8,636 bases of DNA from a virus (IMGVR_UViG_2563366882_000001); one strand, 5' to 3'; numbered from the stretch's first letter, positions 1-7,313 are shown. Numbers and translations are program-made. Notes: generated by a model from the letters alone, not told the origin.

Positions 1-15
1 TACATTATGCGCACC
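1..15 (-). other. dif: Partial dif-like XerCD recombination site (candidate attL), cut by the window edge
   Basis: Seen: reverse complement of 1-15 is GGTGCGCATAATGTA, identical to the first 15 nt of the 28-bp E. coli dif (XerC arm GGTGCGCATAA plus 4 nt of central region, recalled from memory). The XerD arm would lie left of the window. Confidence 0.6.
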
Positions 16-395
16 AATGGTAAGGATGGCAGAATCTGGCGGGAATCGTTGACACTGGGCGTCAACTGGCTACTATCGACAGTGATTCAAAATCATCCGT
101 TTCTCCAAACGAATCAGAATCAAATGTCTGTCAGCAGTAAGTGAACGGCCTGACCTCACCAATCAGGCCTGTTCATCCAGTTGCAGTTGGTAAATCTGTA
201 CCTGATACATGAAACCTTCCCCAGAAATACAGCCACAATGTCAGATAAGATGAACGCTGCCGCGCCGAATCAGCTATAACGCTCAAAATGAAAACTGTAC
301 GGCTTGGCCAACCCCGGACAGCAACAAAACGAGTTTTGTCACTGACCGGAGTTTACGATAACTTCGTAAGCATTAAATTTTAGCGGCTAAAAAGT

Positions 396-644
396 TCACC
401 ACCACCATGCAAACGGCTTGTTACTGACAGGAAATGCGATACCGTCAGCATCACGACCACGCAAGACCTGATTAAGAAGCTTTCTGACTTCACGGCGCTC
501 TGGCCGGGTCATCATCATATTGCGATACCAGGACGGTGATTTATCAAACCACCTGGAACAACTGGTAAAATGTGAACCAACACGACGGTAAGACTTCATG
601 CGACCACCGGGAAGTCGATCGCGCACCCTGCTTTTTACAGACAT
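396..644 (-). CDS. Hypothetical small basic protein (82 aa), Arg/Trp-rich, ends in WWW; function unknown
   Basis: Six-frame ORF; GAGG Shine-Dalgarno about 6 nt upstream of the ATG at 644; lies between gIV and the dif-like site. I recognise no homolog. Confidence 0.4.
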   Translation of the reverse strand: MSVKSRVRDRLPGGRMKSYRRVGSHFTSCSRWFDKSPSWYRNMMMTRPERREVRKLLNQVLRGRDADGIAFPVSNKPFAWWW

Positions 645-794
645 AAAAAACCTCTAAGTAATTGAATCACCTAGAAGATGTCTTTCTGTTCATATCCTGT
701 CAGTTTTAAGGCCATATAGAGGCTCCGTGGTGAAACGTAAAATCCGGCTCTTGATGGTGCCATACCGGGGCTTAACGCACCCGCCACGGCCCCA

Positions 795-2060
795 TCAAAG
801 AGCGCGAATAATATGAGCGGTCAGCAGAACATACATAATGCGTTGCTCATTACTGTCAGCTTTACTCCTGAAAAGCCAGCCAATCACCGGAATTTTACTG
901 ATAAACGGTACAGAACGGTCAGCATTGCTGGATGATGAATCAATCAGCCCACCAAGTAAGAGCGTCTGGCCATCCTTAATCTGAACTGTTGTCTGTATCT
1001 GACGCTGGTTCGTAATAATATCAGATGCCTGGTCATCGTTGCTGATGGAATCAGCGCGGGTATCAATAGTAAGTACAAGCTGGCCGTTCCCCATAACAAC
1101 AGGCGTCACCTTCAGAGATACGCCAACATCATGACGTTCAATGGTCTGAAACGGATTATTTACCCCGGCAGATTCACCCGTAACTTTACCCGTGATAAAG
1201 GGTACATTTTTACCAACAGAAATATAGCCTGTCTGACCAGACTGGGTAAGAATCCGGGGCGTTGAAATCACCTTAGACCGGGAGTTACTCTGCACCGCAC
1301 GCAGGGATACGGCCAGAACATTACCATCAAAAATGCCAAAAGAGCCGCCGGCAGTCGACAATGCGCTACCCAATGCTGAAGTATTAAAGCCCCCCGCCAC
1401 CTTATGACCAGACGCAGAACCGGCAGCAAACGACAAATCAACACCATCGGATAAACTGGTTTCAAACATCAACGACTGAATTAATACCTGGTCACGGGCA
1501 ACATCTACCGAATTGATAAAATCCGTCAGAACGGGCAGCAGCTCGTCAGGCGCAGAAACAATCAGCGAGTTATTGCCAGGATAATCCACAACATTACCCC
1601 CGCCATTAGAATCCAGATAAATTTTAACCAGTTGCTGAACATCAGACGATCGAACTTTTGTCAGCTTAAAATTTCTGACAGTAAACTCCACTGGCGCTGG
1701 CTGATAAGATGGCTCAGACGGGAAAGAGTCATAAGACCGAATATCAGCATCATCAAGGTCTGACGCCATCTGTGATGGTAATTTTGACGGCAAAGAGACT
1801 ACTGCAGGATTACCCGAAAGCATGACAAATCCGTTAGCATTCAGTACAGATTTGAAGAATCTATCAATATTTGTGGGATTAACATCAGCATTAAATACCG
1901 TTACGGTTCCTTTAACATCAGGATTAACAATAACGGGCTTGCCAGTTTTTGATGAATACCACTGGACAAATGAGCGAACGGATGAATTATTCAGATTAAC
2001 AGTTTCAGCAGAAACGCAAAAAGAATAAGTGAATAAGATAGCAATGAAAAATAAACGCAT
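795..2060 (-). CDS. gIV: Phage secretin pIV (virion export channel), 421 aa from the internal start
   Basis: Long blocks of similarity to M13 pIV as recalled (e.g. GSFGIFNG..., VPRILT.SGQ.G.ISVG.NVPFITG.VTGESA.VNNPFQTIER, C-terminal YVL..A.I.RAL). Start set at Met32 of the track ORF (ATG 2060-2058): AGGAG SD 9 nt upstream and a signal-peptide-like N-terminus MRLFFIAILFTYSFCVSA. The 2061-2153 extension would overlap the gI 3' end. Confidence 0.9.
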   Translation of the reverse strand: MRLFFIAILFTYSFCVSAETVNLNNSSVRSFVQWYSSKTGKPVIVNPDVKGTVTVFNADVNPTNIDRFFKSVLNANGFVMLSGNPAVVSLPSKLPSQMASDLDDADIRSYDSFPSEPSYQPAPVEFTVRNFKLTKVRSSDVQQLVKIYLDSNGGGNVVDYPGNNSLIVSAPDELLPVLTDFINSVDVARDQVLIQSLMFETSLSDGVDLSFAAGSASGHKVAGGFNTSALGSALSTAGGSFGIFDGNVLAVSLRAVQSNSRSKVISTPRILTQSGQTGYISVGKNVPFITGKVTGESAGVNNPFQTIERHDVGVSLKVTPVVMGNGQLVLTIDTRADSISNDDQASDIITNQRQIQTTVQIKDGQTLLLGGLIDSSSSNADRSVPFISKIPVIGWLFRSKADSNEQRIMYVLLTAHIIRAL

Positions 2061-2067
2061 AATAATA

Positions 2068-2442
2068 TTACTCCTGGCAGGTGATGTTTTGTAAATAACG
2101 GCCTTTTCTGATAACAATTCGGCAGGCATCTTTAATATCAACGGAATAACCATCTTTAATTAAATCAAAATACTGGTACTTCATACCCTTAGCATCAACA
2201 AACGTAACGGAAACATCAAAACCAAGTTGAGAGAAAGAATTAATTGATAGTCTCGGTAAATCGCTGGTGCTGTCAGGAGTTACTGCCCTCACCTGTTCAG
2301 CATGAGCAGATTTAATAGCCGAAATCTCATCAGCATTCTTACCAGATTGTAGCCAGAAGCCAAGTCCAAGCCCCAATGCCAGAAATGAAAGCATTAATAT
2401 TAATCGGTTTGATTTTCGAAAGTAAATTTTCGTGAGGCGCAT
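2068..2442 (-). CDS. gXI: Candidate pXI: in-frame internal start within gI (124 aa)
   Basis: Inference by analogy with Ff pXI: internal Met begins MRLTKIYFRKSNRLIL... (M13 pXI begins MKLTKIYLKKFSRVL as recalled), followed by a hydrophobic segment. ATG at 2442-2440 verified in sequence. Confidence 0.35.
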   Translation of the reverse strand: MRLTKIYFRKSNRLILMLSFLALGLGLGFWLQSGKNADEISAIKSAHAEQVRAVTPDSTSDLPRLSINSFSQLGFDVSVTFVDAKGMKYQYFDLIKDGYSVDIKDACRIVIRKGRYLQNITCQE

Positions 2443-3162
2443 ATAATAATTAAACCCTTTGTTAACGGAAAACTGACCATGTGTAATAAATGGCGGCAAA
2501 AGCGAATAAGCACCATGCGGATAATTATCAGTAAAAGCCTGTTTTGTATTGTAGGCGGAATATAATGACTTTCCGGTATATATCCATTTATCAACAGTTA
2601 TTGAATTAACGTTGTCACCATATTTAACAATACCAAAGTGAACCTTTGGTAAAGAAAAACGAGCACCTGAAATTATATTCATGAAAGAACCAATAAATGG
2701 GATGTTTAACTTATCTGAACGACGACAATAAACAACATGCTCTGCAAGCGCCAGCCGTGCTTGCTTGTCCATAATCGAAATATCCTGAATCAGAAAAATA
2801 ATATCCCAGCCTAATTTACGGGCATGCAAAAACCAGTCAATAACTGGCTGTCTGTCTTTATCCCCCCACGAACGGGAATTAAACCAAGTCCCACATTCAT
2901 CAAGAACCAGTAGACCATTACGTGATTCATCATAGGAAGTATTGCCTACACCAATAGCCAGCAGATCATTTAATGAAGGTTTGTCAGGTACACGAATCAC
3001 GCGTGTTTTTTTCGCATAACGACCAACCATGGGCATATTATGTAGTTTAATATCTAGATTAGTGGCTACAGGACAGCCTTTAGCTAGTCTTTCCTGTATT
3101 CTGGCAACACTAACCAGTGTCTTACCTGAACCTAATTTCCCTGTTACGACATAAACCGTCAT
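2068..3162 (-). CDS. gI: Phage assembly ATPase pI (Zot-like), Walker A GKLGSGKT
   Basis: N-terminus MTVYVVTGKLGSGKTLVSV... and blocks GLLVLDECGTWFNSRSW, QPVIDWFLHARKLGWDIIFL, ALAEHVVYCRR closely match M13 pI as recalled. Start ATG at 3162 immediately follows the gVI stop. Confidence 0.9.
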   Translation of the reverse strand: MTVYVVTGKLGSGKTLVSVARIQERLAKGCPVATNLDIKLHNMPMVGRYAKKTRVIRVPDKPSLNDLLAIGVGNTSYDESRNGLLVLDECGTWFNSRSWGDKDRQPVIDWFLHARKLGWDIIFLIQDISIMDKQARLALAEHVVYCRRSDKLNIPFIGSFMNIISGARFSLPKVHFGIVKYGDNVNSITVDKWIYTGKSLYSAYNTKQAFTDNYPHGAYSLLPPFITHGQFSVNKGFNYYMRLTKIYFRKSNRLILMLSFLALGLGLGFWLQSGKNADEISAIKSAHAEQVRAVTPDSTSDLPRLSINSFSQLGFDVSVTFVDAKGMKYQYFDLIKDGYSVDIKDACRIVIRKGRYLQNITCQE

Positions 3163-3504
3163 TCAAATCACCTTGTTTGCATAATCAAGGAATTTTTGTT
3201 TTAAATCGAAAACAAAAACGCTAATTCGAGTAATCATAATGACATTAACACAGGCCTGAAAATGGTCTGGTAAGACAGATGCAATTAAATGTGAAAAATC
3301 AGCAGGAAGGCCATTGTACATAACCTCAGCAAGATATTGCATTAAGAGAGTGACAGTTGTTGTAATTAATGCAACTAATGCTACGGCTATCAATCCTGTT
3401 TTAGTTGCAAGGCGTGCGAGGAAGCTTGCCACATAGCCAATAAATAAAGGAACAAGCCCAATAAGAAAACGTAATAGTGCAGGAATACCTAATAATAAAG
3501 GCAT
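3163..3504 (-). CDS. gVI: Minor coat protein pVI (113 aa)
   Basis: [14 protein letters not shown]... N-terminus and FVFDLKQK motif match M13 pVI (MPVLLGIPLLLRFL..., FIFDVKQK) as recalled. AGGAGG SD upstream; ATG overlaps the gIII stop by 1 nt (TAATG). Confidence 0.85.
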   Translation of the reverse strand: MPLLLGIPALLRFLIGLVPLFIGYVASFLARLATKTGLIAVALVALITTTVTLLMQYLAEVMYNGLPADFSHLIASVLPDHFQACVNVIMITRISVFVFDLKQKFLDYANKVI

Positions 3505-4748
3505 TACTCACCTCCTTTACGAAGTAATGAGGTTAAAGACGTAAATACATACCAGAAGGTAAGGCAATAAAAAATCCATGAAAGCGCATCTTTGATAGTA
3601 AGTAATTTATCGCATTCAATATCAATCTGATAAATTTCACCGGGGAAAATAACAAGTTCAGAACAACCATTACCATTAGGTAAACTAGGGAGCATAGCAC
3701 CTTTATTCAGGAATGCTTCCCATAAAGCACCATGAGAATCTTTAGCTATTCCTAATTCGGATTCAGCCAATGTTGAAGCACTGTCTAATTCGGAATCCCC
3801 TTTCCCATAACGAGAATCACCGCCAGAAGGATCAGCAAAACGTCCGGCTCCGCGAGTAAGGTTATTTATAGCGTCACCAAGACGATTTATATTATTTTTA
3901 GTCTGTTCATCAGCCGATTTTTTATCATCAGATGAGGTGTCTTTTTCTGTTAACTTATCATGAATCTCACTGGCCATTTTAGGTGAAGCACCTTCAATAG
4001 CTGACTGAATATCTCCTTTGGTAATACTTGAGCCATTACCACCTGAGTTACCGCCACCTGAGTTACCACCGCCTGTATCACCTCCTCCAGTATCACCACC
4101 CCCCGTATCCCCGCCTCCAGTATCCCCACCATCGCCAGCAGGAGAAGAAGGCTTATCTGAAGGATCGGCTACGGTTCCGGTAGGCTTCCATGTCGCAGCA
4201 CAAACAGTGCCATCACCCTGGCAAACAATGACGCCAGTGGCCTCATATTCACAACCGTTATAATAAATATAACGATCACCATCATAAGAATAGACATTAT
4301 TAAATACACCTTCTTCAGGAGGTTTAGCTTCACAAATTTCTTCAGGTGTAGGCTCGGAGGGTTTTTCATCAGGAATAGAACGCTGAATATCACCGATAAT
4401 ATAAGCGGTTAAAGTCCAGTATTTATCTTTCTGGCCCGGAGAGTCGCTGTAAGTACAAGCGTCAGAAAACACAAGACGGAATTCAGAGTTAGGCCATACT
4501 CCCTCATAAGTTGGTTTAACCTGAGTAAAAACACCCTGAGCACTGTCTTTAGCCCCCTGACAGGCAGAAGCCTGCATAGCTGCATCAATATAATAAACAG
4601 TTTGTTTAGTGCCATCTTGGTTGGTTATTTGCTTACTTTCAGAATAGGCAGAGCTTTGAAAAGTAGATTTAGTAATGCTTTCCCATGAATCAGCATGTGA
4701 AAAAGAAGAAATAAGAATAGCGGAAATAATTAATATTTTCCTTTTCAT
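3504..4748 (-). CDS. gIII: Adsorption protein pIII (414 aa from the internal start): Cys-rich N-terminal domains, Gly-rich linker, C-terminal membrane anchor
   Basis: Signal-peptide-like start [19 protein letters not shown], multiple Cys, a [10 protein letters not shown] repeat linker and a hydrophobic C-terminus, as in Ff pIII. Position between gVIII and gVI. The upstream in-frame extension to 4883 overlaps gVIII and is rejected. No clear SD, so the start is moderately certain. Confidence 0.8.
   Translation of the reverse strand: MKRKILIISAILISSFSHADSWESITKSTFQSSAYSESKQITNQDGTKQTVYYIDAAMQASACQGAKDSAQGVFTQVKPTYEGVWPNSEFRLVFSDACTYSDSPGQKDKYWTLTAYIIGDIQRSIPDEKPSEPTPEEICEAKPPEEGVFNNVYSYDGDRYIYYNGCEYEATGVIVCQGDGTVCAATWKPTGTVADPSDKPSSPAGDGGDTGGGDTGGGDTGGGDTGGGNSGGGNSGGNGSSITKGDIQSAIEGASPKMASEIHDKLTEKDTSSDDKKSADEQTKNNINRLGDAINNLTRGAGRFADPSGGDSRYGKGDSELDSASTLAESELGIAKDSHGALWEAFLNKGAMLPSLPNGNGCSELVIFPGEIYQIDIECDKLLTIKDALSWIFYCLTFWYVFTSLTSLLRKGGE
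4036..4135. repeat. Tandem, imperfect 15-bp repeats (about 6 units) encoding the Gly-rich pentapeptide linker of pIII
   Basis: Seen: units such as ttaccgccacctgag, tatcacctcctccag, tatccccgcctccag; they translate on the minus strand to [10 protein letters not shown] repeats. Confidence 0.8.
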
Positions 4749-4755
4749 AATAACC

Positions 4756-4785
4756 CGCTTTAATAAAGGGGCAACGAGTGCCCCT
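4756..4785 (-). terminator. Candidate intrinsic terminator between gVIII and gIII
   Basis: Seen: 7-bp stem AGGGGCA (4767-4773) / TGCCCCT (4779-4785) with a 5-nt loop; on the minus strand it is followed by a weak U-rich stretch (UUAUUAAA). Ff phages have a terminator at this position. Confidence 0.4.
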
Positions 4786-4794
4786 GAGTGAATT

Positions 4795-5037
4795 TTAAAC
4801 TGCTTTCGAAGAGAACTTTTTAAACAAACGAATGGCAAGACCCGCACCAACGACAGCGACAACAACAGGCCATACTTTTGCAATAAGATCGTTTGCCTGA
4901 GTCAGCAGTGAATCCATTGCCTGACCTGCATAGTCAGTGCTACCCGTTGCGCCATCAGCAGCAAAACAACTTGCAGAAACAAAAAGTGCGGTTGAAGCCA
5001 CAGCAATTTTAGATTTAATAACAGAAATGACTTTCAT
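4795..5037 (-). CDS. gVIII: Major coat protein pVIII precursor (80 aa) with signal peptide
   Basis: C-terminus [16 protein letters not shown] matches the IKe-type major coat protein as recalled (M13: GIKLFKKFTSKAS). N-terminal signal peptide ends ...SASCFA before ADGATG. GGAG SD upstream. Confidence 0.9.
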   Translation of the reverse strand: MKVISVIKSKIAVASTALFVSASCFAADGATGSTDYAGQAMDSLLTQANDLIAKVWPVVVAVVGAGLAIRLFKKFSSKAV

Positions 5038-5066
5038 ATAAATAACTCCATTTAAGTTAGGTTTTA

Positions 5067-5162
5067 TTACATTAATCGGTCAGATAATGTTTTAAACGAA
5101 CCGACCGCATAGAAAAGGGCAAATCCTAAGGTATAAGCCCCGAAGAAATACACAATATACAT
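5067..5162 (-). CDS. gIX: Candidate minor coat protein pIX (31 aa, hydrophobic); not in the ORF track
   Basis: Hand-translated: MYIVYFFGAYTLGFALFYAVGSFKTLSDRLM. Its ATG overlaps the gVII stop (TAATG), as gVII/gIX do in Ff; size and position match M13 pIX (32 aa). Confidence 0.55.
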   Translation of the reverse strand: MYIVYFFGAYTLGFALFYAVGSFKTLSDRLM

Positions 5163-5248
5163 TAACGAATGACACCTGCGGTAATAGCACCAAGACCAAA
5201 AGAAATAACAATGCCGGATGCTATTAATATTTGAATAACATCATCCAT
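5162..5248 (-). CDS. gVII: Candidate minor coat protein pVII (28 aa, hydrophobic); not in the ORF track
   Basis: Hand-translated: MDDVIQILIASGIVISFGLGAITAGVIR; resembles M13 pVII (MEQVADFDTIYQAMIQISVVLCFALGIIAGGQR as recalled). Lies between gV and gIX. Confidence 0.55.
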   Translation of the reverse strand: MDDVIQILIASGIVISFGLGAITAGVIR

Positions 5249-5250
5249 AA

Positions 5251-5568
5251 TTAACCTTTTATTTCAGTGATCCCACCATCTGATGAAATATTATAAGTCA
5301 CACCTTCTCTACCCTCCATTGACCAGACACGAACATATACAGGGATTTGAACTAATTTCCCCGTAAAACTATTGGCTTGATTCATGACTCCGGCGTTCAC
5401 AAGGGACTGTGATACACGAATAATTATTTGGTCTTGCTTAGTACCGCCAAAACCATCAGGGATCTCTAAACCGATACCAATTTCATTGTAATAGCCCTGA
5501 CCATTGACTTTATTACGCTGACGAGCACCAAGCATTTTACCTTTTACAAAAAGACCATAATTAGACAT
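5251..5568 (-). CDS. gV: Probable ssDNA-binding protein pV (105 aa)
   Basis: Called mainly from position (directly after gII, before gVII) and size; AAGGAG SD upstream of the ATG at 5568. Sequence similarity to M13 pV is weak by eye. Confidence 0.55.
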   Translation of the reverse strand: MSNYGLFVKGKMLGARQRNKVNGQGYYNEIGIGLEIPDGFGGTKQDQIIIRVSQSLVNAGVMNQANSFTGKLVQIPVYVRVWSMEGREGVTYNISSDGGITEIKG

Positions 5569-5579
5569 ATCACGCTCCT

Positions 5580-5894
5580 TTAATGCCAGTTACTGGCATG
5601 TGAAATACGGTTGTAATCAAAAATAAAACCTTTCTCATAAACCCATGTAGGGATTTGGGCTGGTTTAGCTTCAAGTGTTCTTACTAATGGAACAACATTA
5701 TTTGAATCAGGGGATTCACAATAAAAATTAATATCTATCCCGAAAGACAATAATTCTTTTCGGTGCCTGTAAAATGTTGGCTTTGGAAGCATTTCTTTCA
5801 TGTTTGCGCCCTGCTTCCACAGTAAATATGTTGATTGTATTTTTCTCGGCAGTTTAACTATTTTTTCATCGGTCAAAATGGCATTTTGATTCAT
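5580..5894 (-). CDS. gX: Candidate pX: in-frame internal start within gII (104 aa)
   Basis: Inference by analogy with Ff pX: internal ATG at 5894-5892 gives MNQNAILTDE... (M13 pX begins MNIYDD), with GGGAG about 9 nt upstream. Confidence 0.35.
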   Translation of the reverse strand: MNQNAILTDEKIVKLPRKIQSTYLLWKQGANMKEMLPKPTFYRHRKELLSFGIDINFYCESPDSNNVVPLVRTLEAKPAQIPTWVYEKGFIFDYNRISHASNWH

Positions 5895-6632
5895 TTCTAT
5901 TCTCCCTACATATTCAGAGAATAATTTGTTTGGAGTATCGATATTCCAGTTACTGCCAAGCGTAAGGTTTAAGTCAATTAATTCTGTTGTTCTTAGCGTC
6001 AATTCAATTCGTAATTTATCTTTAGACCAGTCAAGTAAGCCAGCTTTAACAAACTCTTCTGCTATCTGGTGTCCTTTTTTACCAGAAATATGCTCATCAT
6101 ATTTTGAATAAAATTTCAGGCTCCACCGCCGGGAGTTTTTCCCTAAGTAAACAGTTCCACCTTTACCACAGGCGCGACCATGGCGAGTTTTAGCCTTGAA
6201 TTCTGCGGCATATAGCCATGCGCGGACATTTTCCAGCGTTGATAATGAATACATGTAGTTAATATCAATGCGTGAGATCTTAAATTGCCCTGCCATTACC
6301 TGACGATAGGATGGTAGATCATGAGGAATATGAAGTAATGCCAATATTCTTGCGTAAGCGGTTAATACCAGCCCCTGCAAATCATCGGAGCCAATAACAG
6401 AATGCCCCTGAAGAAATTTTGACGGATTTCCGTCAATATAAAGATGAGTTGCCCGGCCTTCCCCGTCTGATCCAACAGATCGTACTTTCATTGTGGATTC
6501 GTATGAACCGCGAACGGTCAACCGCTTTACTGTTTCCCACTCCACTGCACCGTCAGCATCAACGCTGACGACACTACCGGCCGGTAACGGTCGGTGTGTG
6601 CAAGGAAGAATTCCGGTAAACCAGTCGATCAT
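5580..6632 (-). CDS. gII: Rolling-circle replication initiation protein pII (350 aa)
   Basis: N-terminus MIDWF... and the motifs NPSKFLQGHSVIGSDDL and C-terminal NNVVPLVR match M13 pII (MIDMLVL..., KASPAKVLQGHNVFGTTDL, CNNVVPLVR) as recalled. First gene of the minus-strand operon, divergent from the repressor-like gene. Confidence 0.85.
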   Translation of the reverse strand: MIDWFTGILPCTHRPLPAGSVVSVDADGAVEWETVKRLTVRGSYESTMKVRSVGSDGEGRATHLYIDGNPSKFLQGHSVIGSDDLQGLVLTAYARILALLHIPHDLPSYRQVMAGQFKISRIDINYMYSLSTLENVRAWLYAAEFKAKTRHGRACGKGGTVYLGKNSRRWSLKFYSKYDEHISGKKGHQIAEEFVKAGLLDWSKDKLRIELTLRTTELIDLNLTLGSNWNIDTPNKLFSEYVGRIEMNQNAILTDEKIVKLPRKIQSTYLLWKQGANMKEMLPKPTFYRHRKELLSFGIDINFYCESPDSNNVVPLVRTLEAKPAQIPTWVYEKGFIFDYNRISHASNWH

Positions 6633-6803
6633 AAGTAGTCACACCCATCAAAATATGTGTCAATAGTCATTTGTGAGCAGATTGAATGGTCACAATTTAA
6701 TATGCTCAGATCTGACAGTCAATACATTTGCAATGTTTAAATTGTCAGAACTGAGCATGTGATCAGACTATTGAAAAACCACTGTTAAGATGGAGCCAAG
6801 TAG
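6633..6803. promoter_or_regulatory. Divergent intergenic control region between gII and the repressor-like gene; candidate operators and promoters
   Basis: Seen: AT-rich 171-bp gap between divergent start codons with recurring TGTCA/TGACA motifs and inverted repeats. I could not place a convincing -35/-10 pair by eye. Confidence 0.5.
6702..6758. repeat. 16-bp inverted repeat (15/16) separated by 25 bp; candidate repressor operator pair
   Basis: Seen: ATGCTCAGATCTGACA (6702-6717) and TGTCAGAACTGAGCAT (6743-6758) are reverse complements with one mismatch. The left arm contains the perfect palindrome TCAGATCTGA (6706-6715). Confidence 0.6.
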
Positions 6804-7250
6804 ATGGGCAACAATGAGCATGAAGTTATGGCGGACAAACAGAGAGCAGAACGTATAAAAAAGGCAATTCTGGAACACTCGACTTATGAAGAACTGGCCG
6901 AGAAGACTGGCATTAGCGTAAGTACGCTGGTCAGGATAGCGTCCGGCAAAACTGAACCTAAATTCAGCGATATAATTCAGATAGCTAAAATTACTGGCGC
7001 AGATTTGAACACCTTAGCTTATGGCTATGCTCTTGATGTTAAAGAAGAAGCTACTGAGCGAAAGCTGATAACTTCTGCGGACGGATATACTGATGAAGAA
7101 ACCACGAACGCGCATAATTTCATCGTGTGGAACATCAGAACATTGGAGAAGCAAGATATTCTGGCACTTGCAAGGCAAGTTTCTGCATTAAGTTCATATA
7201 CTTACAGTACAAAAATGTTTATGAAAAAAGCATTGTCAGGCGAAGAGTAA
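6804..7250 (+). CDS. XRE-type helix-turn-helix DNA-binding protein; probable phage repressor (148 aa)
   Basis: Residues about 26-48 (STYEELAEKTGISVSTLVRIASG) have the typical XRE/Cro-cI HTH pattern. GGAG SD upstream. Divergent from the replication gene, as rstR is from rstA in CTXphi. Confidence 0.65.
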   Translation: MGNNEHEVMADKQRAERIKKAILEHSTYEELAEKTGISVSTLVRIASGKTEPKFSDIIQIAKITGADLNTLAYGYALDVKEEATERKLITSADGYTDEETTNAHNFIVWNIRTLEKQDILALARQVSALSSYTYSTKMFMKKALSGEE

Positions 7251-7260
7251 AAAGCTAGCG

Positions 7261-7313
7261 GTCTCAGGAATGAGACTAACGTGCAGTATTACCAACACTG
7301 CACGTTCTTTATT
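7261..7313 (+). terminator. Two adjacent hairpins after the repressor-like gene; the second is a candidate intrinsic terminator
   Basis: Seen: GTCTCA-ggaa-TGAGAC (7261-7276); then a 10-bp perfect stem AACGTGCAGT (7278-7287) / ACTGCACGTT (7297-7306) with a 9-nt loop, followed by CTTTATT. Confidence 0.55.

Noticed and set aside
551-566. 10-nt match (CTGGAACAAC) to part of the M13 plus-strand origin hairpin as recalled
   Set aside because: A single 10-mer match is expected by chance in a window this size, and the surrounding sequence does not reproduce the origin hairpins.
1268-2028. Short ORFs 1268-1465 (-) and 1822-2028 (+)
   Set aside because: Both are embedded in the well-supported gIV secretin gene in alternative frames or antisense, with no independent signals.
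2061-2153. N-terminal extension of the gIV ORF (track start at 2153)
   Set aside because: It would overlap the 3' end of gI in another frame; the internal Met at 2060 has an AGGAG SD and begins a signal-peptide-like sequence, so it is the likely true start.
2400-2594. 64-aa minus-strand ORF
   Set aside because: Alternative frame inside gI; low-complexity product.
4036-4135. Possible CRISPR-like array (short direct repeats)
   Set aside because: The repeats are contiguous 15-bp units without spacers and lie inside a coding region, translating to a Gly-rich linker.
4018-4263. Plus-strand 81-aa ORF with [12 protein letters not shown] repeats
   Set aside because: It is the antisense reading of the Gly-rich repeat region of gIII, not an independent gene.
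3950-4615. Minus-strand ORFs 3950-4132, 4169-4393 and 4409-4615
   Set aside because: Alternative frames inside gIII.
4749-4883. N-terminal extension of the gIII ORF (track start at 4883)
   Set aside because: It overlaps the gVIII coding sequence and a terminator-like hairpin; the internal Met at 4748 begins a typical signal peptide ([19 protein letters not shown]).
5926-6111. Plus-strand 61-aa ORF
   Set aside because: Antisense to gII, with no start-site signals.
6682-6771. Specific sigma70 -35/-10 promoter assignments in the divergent control region
   Set aside because: Candidate hexamers (e.g. TTGAAT, TTGTCA) lack a properly spaced -10 partner; I cannot assign promoters reliably by eye.
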